DNA of 64,000 nt from Owenia fusiformis (lineage: Eukaryota): NCBI GenBank assembly GCA_903813345.2, contig CAIIXF020000001.1:17298001-17362000 (forward strand). Direction: 5' to 3'. Under the pieces are notes generated by a model, which saw nothing but the letters and a program-made list of their open reading frames with translations, had not been told where the DNA came from and made no database searches. Positions 53,901-64,000 of this stretch are shown here, piece by piece (within the stretch, counting starts at the first letter, position 1; each line of letters starts with the position of its first letter). Both the position numbers and the translations under genes were made by a program.

Positions 53901-56900
53901 ATTATATGCTTTTAGGAATAGCGTGTTTAGAATCCAGTTTAAAGTTTACGTGAATAATACCCAGATAGATGGCACCACTGCTATAGGTTTCAATGCAACA
54001 TGTGTTTCTAATGCCCTGACCAAATTCAACCTCAGTGGAATATTGGACAAGGCTTCAAAGGTAATGTCCAACTCTGAATATGCGAATACTTAACTTATAT
54101 ACTGTTTATATTGGGTTTGGTTTTCATAATCCGGAAAGAGAAGATAAAGAATTTCCTCTAAATGGTCATCAGAATGTAAAACGTTTAGAAGTTAGATAGA
54201 GAGAAGAAAAAACAATTATAAAGGCACAAGCAGTGAGAGGGAGAGATACTAGCTAGCAATTAACCACATAATCATCTATCCATGTTATGCTCTTTCTTCT
54301 TGTTTTACCCGATGTAAGCAATATTTCAATATATAGACTTCATCTCGTAACTAAAACTGATCACTTTATACCTAAAGAACCTAAAAGCAGTCTCGGTTGA
54401 TGAAACTTCTCTACGACTGGTTGAGAAGTCACATAGAGTAGTGCTTGAAGGAACTGCTGTACACTCAAAGGAAGACATAGATGAGGTTGCAGAATCAATT
54501 CTAGATAAGCTAAATGCATTAACAGGTACACATAGATCTTTGAAGAATGACCAATGACATTCAGCAAAGCAATGTAATCCTCCGTCGATGTTGCTAACTA
54601 GAACAGTTCAAAAAGAAAATAATAAATATACTTTTGTTTAATCGAAACTGAAAAATTCATAGTATTCCCTTCGATTGATGTTTAAATGAATTAAAGTGTT
54701 TCATAACTCAATGAACTGATAAAATTGTAATACCACTCAATTCCATATCAACTATAGGCTTGCACAACTGCACGAGTGCAATGTATTTGTCATAAATATA
54801 CATGTCTAATATACTATATTTTAGCTGGTACTGAAGCTCAGATCATAATTTCACAAGTTCAACAACTTATAAACACAATTAATGGGTATGTATTATCAAA
54901 CCAGGAAACGTCAAACCTTGCATCATCAATAACATATTCACTATAAAATCTCTGAGATTTAATTCCCCATGCCCAAGATAAAAAAAATACAGTACAGATA
55001 ACTTAGGTAATACTTTTACTTACTGTAATGTAATGTTCTCAATCAAGGAGTATTCAGTTATTCACAAAATAACATTTTATTTCAGAGATAAGTATGTGGG
55101 ATTGGTATTCTATATTGTCAAGAAAGGTACGGAAAATCAGTATGTGAATGTGAGCCAATATGAGGTCCTTAATGCATTAGAAGAAGGGGGTATTTCTTTG
55201 GACACTTCATCACTTGACCTGGTGAACGAACGATATCTTTTCAATGAGATATTCACCAAGCAAGAATTGACAACCGACGTCTTACAGTTGTTTACTAACG
55301 AAATGAAAGCTCAGCTTATTTTGAATAACCCTGGTACGTGTTAAGTATTATTCTGGCTTATAAATATTCTGGCTATAAAGTAACAATCGTCGAATGCAAA
55401 ACTCAAATGTTTTGGCTGCACTAAACGCTTGTTATCAGCTACTTAGGTTTTGACAGTCTTTAATCCGACATGTACGAGGAAGAAACATATAGCTATATAT
55501 TCGGTTTTGTAGGTATTAATTTCACAAATGCACTGAGTGTAGATGTAGTGATAAATGAAGAAGTGATTACAACAAACAGGTACAGACATATTTCCATGGG
55601 ATCTTTAAAAATGTAACATTTCATTTGGAACGGCAATATTAAGTATATTCGAAGGAAACACATTTCCACATGTTTAGAAATATATAGCTAATATAAAGTA
55701 TGTGATTGTAATATCCATCATAGTAACAATTAATGAACAAAAAATAACTGTTGAATGACTTATTTGTGTATCGTAATTGTGGATTTAAGTTCACATAAAA
55801 AGCATGTGATATTATTTTCTCATATTACATGTAAGTTAACATATACCATATGCAGTATTTTATGTAGATGCTATTTTGTTTTACAGGGAGACCTACTACA
55901 GGATTGTCTACATAGTGCGAGACGGTGATATAAAATACAACTATTTGACATTGTCGCCGGTTACATCACTTGAAATCACTTTTGGGAACAATACATATTC
56001 TCTGATACAGCTCAGATCGAGTTCAAGTCCAACCCGTATGGTTGCTTTAAAGCGATTTGATAGATTGTCAGTCTTTGTAGATCAGTTTGTTGTTGCGCAA
56101 CATTGGTCCAAATTTGAAGAGGCTTTTAGGATTACATTTGAAAAGATAATTGAAGCAGGTAAAGTGTATTTTCTACTTAATTAGTCCATAATCCTTACAT
56201 AACACCATTCAATTATTCCAAAGAATCATTGTGATGTAGTTAGTAGTATAGTGTATCAGTCAGGCAGAGTTATGGTGTGCAATCATGCTCCAAAGTTGTC
56301 CAGCTCCATATTGGTCTATTAATTTTTATATGCTGCTACATATTATTTTTACATTTCAGAATATGGAGATATCCTAGAAATGATGAAACTGGAAGTAAGA
56401 ATTATGCATCAGGAGAAATGGCTTGGAATCCTGCAAGGGTCAGTATATAGTAAATATTGACGCTTTTTCAACTTTTATTTGTTTTGTATGTATCTCCATT
56501 GCATACTTACACATTTTTTATATATTACCCTCAATAGAGCATACAGGACTTTTTGATAGAGGAGGGTACAAATTGGTATTTTTACATTCGAATAAGAACT
56601 GATTTTAATTGAAATGTTCAAACAAAGCTCTTAACCTGACTCTGATGAAAATTGCTGGAATTTATTGTAATTGTGTGTGATGTTAACTATTACTAGAAAT
56701 TGCATCAAATTGGATTGATCTAGCCATGTTCAATGGGCGTTTCTAAAGCATCGGTTTTATTGTAGAGACTTTTGGGAATTGGCATGCCTGATTCGGCTTA
56801 ATGGTATGAGGTTAAATCCTTTGCTACTCCCAAAGTTAACAGTGAACTTCGTCAAAGAGTTCCAAGAATACTTGTTGATCACATCAGTTAAGAAAACAGA

Positions 56901-59900
56901 TTACAAGATTCTGTTGGAAGACATCACTACACATATTCGGGCAAGGACGACATACAGCTTCTTTCTAAAAGAGAAGATTAAACTATCTGATAAGGCTGTG
57001 ATTATCGATGCACTTAGGATGTATTTTAAAACAGGTATGGTGAACCTAAATCATTTTTACATAAAGTAATACATAACAACAAACTAAATAACAATTGAAA
57101 GTTACGAAACAAAATAACAAATGAATAACATCAAAATTAATACAGCTGTAATTCGGTAAATGATGCTATTACATGTAATTATCAATTTTATAAGGTGTAG
57201 TAACGCAATGCACAAATTAAGCAAAATATACCCCGAACTTATAAAAGACAAAATCCAGAAAATACATCGATTTTACAGATACATTTTAATTTGTTTTCCA
57301 GATTTCACCTTAACTGTTGATGTTACATTTGTTCGACAATACGAGAGAATAAAACTAGGATCTAATGGGTAAATATTATAATAATGTATCATCGAGTTGC
57401 TAATGAAACTTAGTTCTGATTGCCTATGAAGGAGCCAGAGGCATTTAAAACACTGTCATTATATGTCTCCGAGAACAGACATCTTTGAAATGTAAACACT
57501 TGATATACGTCCAATGGATGTAATGTACATATAAGTGGAAATGATGAGGCATAAAATAAACCACGAATCCTTCCGATATAATATGACAATTTACCTACGC
57601 CTATTCAAATGCAATGTTATAATTGTTATTTGATTTTGTATTGAAGCCTAGAAACCCAGATTGAAGTGATTGTCTCGGTGACTTCCAACAAAAGGGCCAT
57701 CAATACTGGATTCTTCAGGAAGATCACCTACACAGCCCTTCGAAACATACTTGATATCACTATCAGTGGCTCCTCCTCGACGTACTCCTCCTTATTACTG
57801 GACGTAGATATCAGCGCTGATACAAGGCTTGGGTTGTCGATTACATCAGACTCATTGTTTTCAATTGTATTGTCAGAATTCGACGTTGATGTCGATTCTT
57901 CATCAGTTATTGATATCTTAAAACAAACATTCGTTCGAACGAATACAAGTAAGTCTGTGCTTTATTCAACTGTAAGTTTTGAAGGTAAAACGAAGTAAAG
58001 ATATACGGTCGAGGTATACTATAAGTTTTACTAGTATTAATAGACATTACTAAGATAAACATGGATGCGCCTCATTAACAGTTATGTTTGAATATTTCAT
58101 CACAGCATTAAAAAAACTTTTTGTGTCTTGTTGCATTTCAGCTAATCACTTTGTATGATTTATGTCATACCAACTTTACTTTGTAGAATATTCACTAGAT
58201 GAACTACAAATCAAGCTTCTGAAACCGAAAACGATTATTACCAAATCTGGGTAAGATTTTGTAAAATATGTATTGGCTGGGTGGGTAGTACATAAGTAGT
58301 GTGACAATAGTATAAGTTGTACAAACCTGATATTGCAAATGAGATGTCGATTTTGCGCCATACTTAATGCACGTGTATTGTTTTCAGACTGACTGTCACT
58401 AAGCTTGAGTTTGCTGTTGTTGTTGACGGAAAGCTGATTTCATCCATTAACTTCCCTGATGTAGATTTCGACGTAGCAAGAACCATCATAGAAGAAAGAC
58501 AAATAAGTATCAAGGTCTTGGATGTTGACATAAGTACTAGCATTGAAACCACATCAACACGCTCTGTAACCTTCACTGAGAAGATTGATATTACCAAGAA
58601 ATTAGTAGTAGAAGAAAAACTCACTCAGTATTATAAGGAACTTGTTGGGGAAAAAGGTATGTGTACGATACAGAATAATATACTGCTAAGAATGTATTCT
58701 ATCCGAAGAAACATCATAGCTGTACATGTTCACTCTTCAAGATGATGGAATGACTGATTCAGCTGATCTTAAATGTACATGTAAGGATACATTTAAACGA
58801 ATCTAAATAAATTATGTTTAAAGTAATGTATCTTTTAACATAACAAGCATTTTTACTTTATATTTTACGTCTTGTAGATACGGAGCTAAAGGCATGTTTA
58901 AAGGTTGAGTTTACCAATAGTGTTGGCAGTCTTGTAGATAACACCCTGGGGTAAGTTTAATGGAAGCAGTCGGTGAACATGTAAAGTTTAGGTTAGATAT
59001 ACTGTGACATGATTAATTAACATACATGATTGAATTGACTGGCACATATAGCAAAGTAAATTCTAAGCACAATATGATAGCAAAATGAGGATATATGAAA
59101 TTCGACAAAAAGCAAATTCATTTATGCCATTTGAATCATTCAATTATGTAAGATATGATTGAGTTCATTTTGACTTTTCAGCACCAATTTGTTTGAGTTT
59201 AACTATGCTCTTAAGTGCAATGGAAAGGTAGTTGAGCCAGACGTTTTGCCAGACGTGGATCAAAAAGCAATCATTGATTTGTTGACAAAAATCAAAGTGG
59301 AAAAAGGAATCGATATAACTGTTGTGGACACTACAAAGCTCAAACTTGTTGACATTACAAAGGTCCTCACATTCACCAGTAAGAAAGTGATCGCCATTGA
59401 AAAATACGAGAAAATCAAAACTGCTATAAAGAATGTCATCCAGAATACAGGTACACGTAGCATTATTACATGTATGTATATTTGTTGAACTAGATTATAC
59501 AAAATGTACAGTTTGGTAGAACAATGTAAAATAGTGACTCATGATTGGTATAACAACTGACATTGCAGAAGTATATTATAAAATCAATATCTAGGTAGAA
59601 TAACTACGTGCAAATCGAAATCCAAATTACAAACAAAAAATATAACTTTTTTCGTAAAAAATATATTTCCTATTATTCTAGGAATAACAGTGGATTTTGA
59701 TGTTGTCATTGTTAGTCAAAAGGAAGTGATTACAACGGAGGGGTAGGTTCTTACATCTTGCTTTTCTCTAATAGGCATGTGTATTGAAATACATCTTATT
59801 TTCCTACATATATCATATTTTGGTTTGTTCATTTCATTCTTTTTTAAGATATGATATTATAAGTTGTGATAGAGAGGTTGTTATAGCTACTTAAGATTAT

Positions 59901-62900
59901 GTATTATTGTACGAGAGTGTACTAGTTTAAAGGTAATGCGTTACAGCTCGGCATGGACCCTTAGCTACACCCTCAGTGATGTATCGTTACTGGATCAAGT
60001 GTCCATCTCAGCTGTGAAACTGCAACAAGAGTTTGAATCACTCGCTGTGGATATCGAAATTGTGACCCTTGTTGAGAAGTTTCTTCAAGTAGAGCAACAG
60101 TTTAGAGTGTTTGTTAATGAAATTATTCGCACAGATGACCTTGCTATCCTTCAAGGAGCAATAAAGGAAACATGGCTTCAGTCTGATCAGAGTAAGTAAT
60201 CAATGTAATGTTTAGTTCATTCATCACATTTGTACAGTATACATTTTAATTGTATTTACTCTTCACTTAGACATATAACGTTGATGCCGAGATTTAATGC
60301 CTATGAATATAAACATTTAATTACAAAAATATGATTTTCATTTCTATTTTGTAGGTTTCACTAGTCTTGGAGTTGAATTACGATTTACACCTGTTGAAGA
60401 ATACTTCAAGACCGATGGGTATGCACTGTTATTCCTTATGGTCTATATCATCCCTAAATTAGATTCATTACTCTCCACTCACTAAGATTTGTATGAATGT
60501 CAGACACATCATTACAAATACGCGTTTTCATTGTTTTGGCAAACAATTCTAACTTTATTAAACATGAATACGTTTTTTTCTAAGATATGGGATCTTATTT
60601 TCTGTATACTTTACCGGGAGATAAATAATAAGCACTTTATCAGTGGCCCTTATCAGTCACTAATGCTAAATAGAATTCCCCATTTGTTATACATCGTATG
60701 AGCTTTAGGATGATAAATATATATTTACATCATCAATTTAATTTACAGACTTAATGGTCTTCTAAATTGGGTCAACATTCAAAAATTAAATAATTTCCTT
60801 TAGCAGTCAAACAATTTTGAGCAATTAAGTGACCAACCGACATTATGATAAATTATTTTAACTCCTGTTCTTTTTATCCTTCAGAACACCAGTGTTCCTA
60901 TTATCATACTGTCTGTGGTTGAATGATGTAATGCTGGATCCTGCTGTAATACGAGGGCCTTCCCTGATAGCCTTCAACACAAAGATTAAACAAGTCTTGT
61001 CCACATTTAAACGTGACTACACATATACTTTAGAAGTCGAGCGTGGATTTGTCCGCCGTGCCTTTACTTCTGAGGTGTACATATCTGTTTCTCTAAAAGA
61101 TGAAAGTGTAGTTGAATTTGAAACAGCCATGTCTATGTTCTTGAAAACTTTACTGGGTAGGTTTATTTGGATTAACTAAATACAATCAAATGGTGAAGAG
61201 CATGAATACAATACATTTTATGAACATTATTGTTTAGGATCTAGTCTTTTTAGACAACATTTGAAGGCAAATAAATATAACTTGCTATTGCTGAAGTACC
61301 GATCTTTTAAAGTTTTTTTTGTATTTGTAATTCTGTATATTTCAGCTGATGATGATATCAAGGTAAAAATTACAACCCAGATAGCGTTACTTAGAACGAA
61401 TGGGTAAGATTAACATGAATACTATATTAATCAGGCTATTAAGTCACCTTAAACAATTGCGTGATTAAAAGATACGAGCATGTATTTATTTAAACATTGT
61501 AATGTACTAATTGTATATTATGTTTCGTTAATAGAAACAATCTGTATTATTTAGATAAAAATACACATTACGCGTTTGAAAAGTGAAACATTGAAGTAAC
61601 TACACTATCAGAATAAAACAAACATTAGAAAATATTCATCTTTATATTTACTCTTCATCAGGGCATCTGTGAATCACCTTCTCTACACCATAAACAGAGA
61701 TAAGGATGGCAAACTGATCACAATGAATCCTGATATATACAGAACAATTACAATAGACGAGTTGAAACAAGCCGTGATAAATGTGACGATCACTGGGGGT
61801 ATTTCCCTAAAGCAGGCAATATTGAAAAGATCAGATTTGGGAGACCTATTTGACTTGAAATCTCTCTTCACTCTGACATTTACAGAGGATTTCACCTTGG
61901 GAGAGAGTCAACTCATCGCTGCTATCTCCTCTGCTATAAATGGTAGGATTCTCACGTATGATAAAGTAATTTGATTCAATGCCTTGAAACTCTGAAACTA
62001 TTCTATATACAATTACAAGGCTCCTGTACTGCTCATAAAATGAAATAGTAGCAAATACGTTTTACCGAAAGTTTACTTTATATAGACATACGATATATGA
62101 TGAAAAAATGATTAGAAATGTATTATGAAGATTTTTTGTTTTCAGAAAGTAATATTGATGTGACAATCCTAAAGTTAGAAGAAACAATAACAGTGATTGG
62201 GTGAGATATATAATTATGCTTCAAATCAATTTCACACAATTCTTCAGATGTTAGGCCAATTGTTCAGTTCCAGTATTCTCACTCTAACGTATTTATCCAA
62301 GCCGTGATTAACTTGTTATTTTCATTTCGTATTATCTATTTTTATTTTTATATCGTTTTTCATTATTGATTAGAATTTGTTAATTATTATCAAGACTATG
62401 AAGTTATGCTTTTGAGTATTATACATGAATACCATTTGATCTGCATACTGCAAGCGTTATTTCTTACTTTGTCCTTTAAAGAACATACATAGAAATAATA
62501 TTTTCAGGTCAAGGACAAAGAAATTGTTCTTCACAATAACTATTGATGGGGACAATGTCGACTCTAGAACTAAACCGGATAACTTCATAAACATTGAGCT
62601 AATCAAGCAGTACCTCTTGGGTATCAATGCAGATGGTGGTCTTGTAGATGATGCTACATTGGATGTAGAAATTGAGTTTACTATAGCATTCCGAGGCAAG
62701 ATTATGCCAATTGATATAACAGCTGTGGAGGTTATTTTAAGAATGTACCATGCATCTGTTGTGACAGGATATGAAGAGTCTTGTGTTACTTCTCAGATTG
62801 TTTCTCAGGATCTTGTTGCAGATAGACAGTAAGTATGATATGACCCCTTGTAACTCAGTAATTTTAAACAACGCATCTAAACATGTGACATCCAAATGAT

Positions 62901-63777
62901 ATCATATATGACAAAATTTAAGTGTAGACAGAAGATATGTTTTTTTATATTTTAGTCGCAAGTTGAACAGAGTGAGGTACACTGTTGGCTGTGGAGACAT
63001 GAAGATTACACCTGATTCACAGACTAGAATCACATTTGAAACATTGCATGAGAACTTTGTAAAGGCTGGGTCAATATACGAGCCTATCGATATAAATGGA
63101 TTGGAACTCATCTCTATTGATAGATTGTTCTCAATCTACGTTGACAGTATTGTTGATATTCATGAACACCTGCCAAAGCTGATTCTAAGATCTATGAAGA
63201 GCACTTACATTGGTATGCGATTCACTGAAATTTGTTGGTACTTTTCTGAAATAGTTCAATATGTAATAACAATAATTGAATATGTGACATGAATAATGTT
63301 GCTTTCAATGACATTGCCTTGCAGAATAAACAGGCAAAGAAGAATTATAAATATCTAAGCACGGGTGCCAAAAGTTGCAATGAAACCTAGCAAGAAAAAA
63401 GCTCTCGGTGTTGACCAGTCATAAGAAATACAAACCAAACCCCACATAACACGAAACAATGATCGAGCTTAAAAAAACAATGTATAATACCCCTTCCCCC
63501 ACGCCATTCAAGGCCATAACACTAAGGGTTATTTCTTTCAAAGTGAAGTCATTAAAATACAAGTTGAAGAAAAAATTTGAAATTTATAGGCAATACTCAA
63601 CTTCAAAAACCGAATATGAAAATATAATATTTAAACATTGAATTGTGTCATTGGGGATCACTCATTGTGGAAAATGTGTCAAGAATCTCACAGACATACA
63701 CAATGTTTTATTTGCATTCCAGATCTACAGGATGCTTCGTTTTCAATTAGCTTACACTTCATAGAATCCTACACCAA
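5907..63777 (+). CDS. Giant multi-exon Delta/Serrate-like extracellular protein: SP-MNNL(C2)-DSL-2xEGF-DSL-4xEGF-DSL-split EGF/beta-barrel-Ser/Met repeats-(>=38 SEA-like domains); 3' end lies beyond the window
   Basis: About 91 exons joined manually at GT-AG sites; the phase of every junction is consistent (~16,410 nt, ~5,470 aa). Domain motifs are listed in the sub-features. Confidence 0.85.
7923..11212 (+). CDS. Exons 2-4: MNNL / C2-like N-terminal domain of Notch ligands
   Basis: Exons 7923-8080, 8962-9085, 11049-11212: [43 protein letters not shown]...[18 protein letters not shown]. This matches the Delta/Jagged pattern G.FEL.....N..G......CC....C...F.VC...F.WPG.F.LII. Confidence 0.85.
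11686..12745. repeat. Recent tandem duplication, 529-bp unit x2
   Basis: TTTTAGCTTCAGAGGATAGGAGG...CGTTCCATCCTCTT repeated with a 529-bp offset; I saw only ~2 substitutions; the duplicated ORFs at 11809 and 12338 are also 529 apart. Confidence 0.95.
13087..13505 (-). mobile_element. Hairpin/sub-terminal-IR non-autonomous repeat, same family as 43309-43720
   Basis: CCCATAGTTGAAC (~13098) is inverted with GTGAACTATGGG (~13341), followed by the palindrome CATCCTATGA...TCATATGATATCCTATA; the layout mirrors 43309-43720. Confidence 0.55.
15518..17248 (-). mobile_element. DNA transposon derivative with ~60-bp TIRs (CACGGG...CCCGTG), 6-bp TSD, carrying C2H2 zinc-finger coding sequence
   Basis: CACGGGATACTAGAGTATCCGCGTATATTGAGTATGACCGGTTCT is mirrored at ~17205-17248; CTATAT lies at 15512-15517 and 17249-17254. 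Confidence 0.85.
15870..16350 (-). pseudogene. C2H2 zinc-finger coding fragment inside the transposon
   Basis: [22 protein letters not shown] and [24 protein letters not shown] are two canonical C2H2 fingers; the frame extends to a possible acceptor near 16350; the downstream part looks degenerate. Confidence 0.7.
18263..20065 (+). CDS. Exons 5-7: DSL domain 1, EGF1 and Ca-binding EGF2
   Basis: Exons 18263-18456, 18658-18723, 19948-20065: [64 protein letters not shown]...[28 protein letters not shown]. Confidence 0.9.
20453..22282 (+). CDS. Exons 8-12: DSL domain 2 and EGF3-6
   Basis: Exons 20453-20649, 20867-21046, 21262-21341, 21947-22106, 22254-22282: [44 protein letters not shown], then four EGF repeats including [19 protein letters not shown]. 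Confidence 0.9.
21512..21880 (+). mobile_element. tRNA-derived SINE with a 57-bp duplication spanning its 5' end
   Basis: A-box-like TGGCCGAGAGG, B-box-like GTTCGAGAC, tRNA-Leu-like head (GTCGAGTTGGCCGAG...TTCAAG), CTAGA-type tail at ~21860-21880; 21512-21568 is repeated at 21569-21625. Confidence 0.7.
22547..22939 (+). CDS. Exons 13-14: DSL domain 3
   Basis: Exons 22547-22640 and 22865-22939: [56 protein letters not shown]. Too short for the ORF track. Confidence 0.9.
23129..23440 (+). CDS. Exon 15: 104-aa Cys-free all-beta (avidin/lipocalin-like barrel?) domain, symmetric phase 1-1 exon
   Basis: [37 protein letters not shown]...[20 protein letters not shown]-x-W-x-G start and alternating beta-strand pattern; 312 nt between AG and GT. 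Confidence 0.7.
23668..25339 (+). CDS. Exon 16: truncated EGF end, Ser/Met/Glu/Asp-rich repeats, Ser/Pro/Thr linker and start of the first SEA-like domain
   Basis: 1672-nt exon containing ORF 23766-25343; acceptor TTGTAG at 23667, donor GG|GTAAGA at 25340. Confidence 0.9.
24072..24810 (+). repeat. Coding minisatellite, 111-bp (37-aa) unit, 6 full copies plus 1 partial
   Basis: [37 protein letters not shown] repeated; GCAATC.GATGAAATAA recurs every 111 bp. Confidence 0.95.
25575..33763 (+). CDS. SEA-like repeat units 1-10 (long/short exon pairs)
   Basis: 25575-25852/26087-26144; 26299-26561/26904-26955; 27060-27322/27681-27795; 28087-28373/28570-28633; 28869-29149/29524-29575; 29795-30045/30335-30392; 30693-30852+31123-31234/31589-31643; 31857-32119/32425-32494; 32659-32979 (fused); 33194-33441/33706-33763. 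All phase-consistent. Confidence 0.85.
35070..35646. mobile_element. Kolobok-like palindromic MITE (TTAA TSD, AGG...CCT ends)
   Basis: TTAA|AGGAACATTCCTGGCCAAACC ... GGTCTGGCCAGGAATATTCCT|TTAA, with long internal inverted similarity (GGAAGTGATGTCATCGACTCT / AGAGTCGATGACATCACTTCC). Confidence 0.8.
35792..36404. mobile_element. Tc1/mariner-type MITE (TA TSD, ~190-bp imperfect TIRs)
   Basis: TA|CAGGGTATTTCATAT ... ATATGAAACACCCTG|TA; internal GATTGCAAAGTTTCAGAATC is mirrored by GATTCTGAAACTTTGCAATC. Confidence 0.8.
36410..37840. repeat. Foldback-like element: ~130-bp inverted arms around a degenerate ~60-bp tandem array that switches orientation
   Basis: 36412-36540 is inverted with ~37715-37840; units like GTATGCCCTGGTTGTGCTTTAATAACCCCTATTGGTTCC at 36560-37400, and reverse-complement units at ~37440-37700. 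Confidence 0.7.
40038..50294 (+). CDS. SEA-like repeat units 11-22
   Basis: 40038-40327/40615-40675; 41098-41390/41669-41729; 41905-42170/42333-42393; 42610-42884/43130-43193; 43739-44010/44225-44288; 44465-44748/44959-45031; 45129-45406/45620-45674; 46567-46838; 47060-47380 (short+long fused)/47564-47621; 47858-48126/48739-48802; 49039-49328/49497-49563; 49650-49939/50240-50294. Confidence 0.85.
41490..41660 (+). repeat. Degenerate ~35-40-bp intronic minisatellite
   Basis: TATG(C/T)(A/T)AG(A/G)TTCxxTTTGCAGA repeated about 4-5 times. Confidence 0.6.
43309..43720 (+). mobile_element. Hairpin/sub-terminal-IR non-autonomous repeat
   Basis: Palindrome ATCCTATGATTTT...GCGAAGCG...AAAATCATAGGAT (43315-43445), IR TTATCCTACACTTA / TAAGTGTAGGATAA, and three copies of GGAGTATATCGT.AC.ATATCCTCCG. 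Confidence 0.6.
45714..46290 (+). mobile_element. Helentron/HINE (DINE-1/pearl-like) non-autonomous element
   Basis: 5' TATGTCACCAC/GTGGTGACATA hairpin, GGCGTCC/GGTTGGT microsatellite-like block, three ~120-bp tandem core repeats (AAATCATCTACATGTTCTCAGAAGTTCAAATCTGACTTT), 3' GGTGGTGATAT sub-TIR. Confidence 0.7.
48311..48695. mobile_element. Small inverted-repeat element (MITE-like), family unclear
   Basis: Perfect 21-bp IR CCAAGGAGGATTGGCTCCCAG (48355-48375) / 48641-48661; ACCTAG...CTAGGT outer ends; GCGCAG...CTGCGC hairpin near the right end. Confidence 0.55.
50443..63777 (+). CDS. SEA-like repeat units 23-38 (continues past the window)
   Basis: 50443-50717/50967-51033; 51198-51472/51681-51753; 51967-52235/52476-52536; 52884-53173/53527-53581; 53916-54060+54378-54525/54825-54885; 55086-55333/55513-55579; 55887-56158/56360-56438; 56766-57034/57302-57368; 57647-57948/58187-58250; 58388-58656/58878-58950; 59182-59450/59682-59742; 59947-60191/60355-60418; 60885-61156/61346-61403; 61662-61942/62146-62200; 62508-62828 (fused); 62956-63212/63723-63777. 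Confidence 0.85.
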
Positions 63778-64000
63778 GTAAGTTAACATTCTTTTTTAGT
63801 TGTTACCACAATGTTATGGGACAATGTGCAATATAGGTTATTATTCACTATCAAAAATAATGAATTTGTTATTCGCTTGTTTTGGTCAATTATGATAAAT
63901 ATGTATGTTCCTATGTCTAATCTTCATTTTCCTTGGCTAATAGATAATATATTTGATTATCGTGGATTCATTCTCGAGATGACTAGTTGTGTAACTTTTC

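Noticed and set aside
40059-62699. Many minus-strand ORFs overlapping the long exons
   Set aside because: Antisense shadows of + strand exons, with no splice or domain support.
25575-63292. Treating the ~90-150-aa + strand ORFs as a cluster of separate small genes
   Set aside because: Each is bounded by AG/GT sites and joins in frame through short exons; their starts and stops lie in introns.

Overview
AT-rich animal (invertebrate-looking) genomic DNA; the species cannot be identified from sequence alone. From 5907 to beyond the window end it holds one giant + strand gene, which I assembled by hand into about 91 exons with consistent GT-AG sites and reading phase (~16.4 kb CDS, ~5,470 aa, no stop or transmembrane segment yet reached). 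Architecture: signal peptide, Notch-ligand N-terminal MNNL/C2 domain, DSL, 2 EGF, DSL, 4 EGF, DSL, a truncated EGF interrupted by a single-exon beta-barrel-like domain, a Ser/Met/acidic tract with 37-aa repeats, then at least 38 tandem, highly diverged ~110-aa units. Each unit is encoded by a long plus a short exon and has the pattern of an SEA-like (ferredoxin-like) fold; that fold call is inference. The upstream region and the large introns carry many non-autonomous DNA transposons with readable TIRs/TSDs: Transib-like, Academ-like (with nested Kolobok-, mariner- and foldback-like inserts), Tc1/mariner MITEs and two CAC...GTG elements with 6-bp TSDs (one with C2H2 zinc fingers). There is also a Helentron/HINE-like element, a tRNA-derived SINE and a recent 529-bp tandem duplication.
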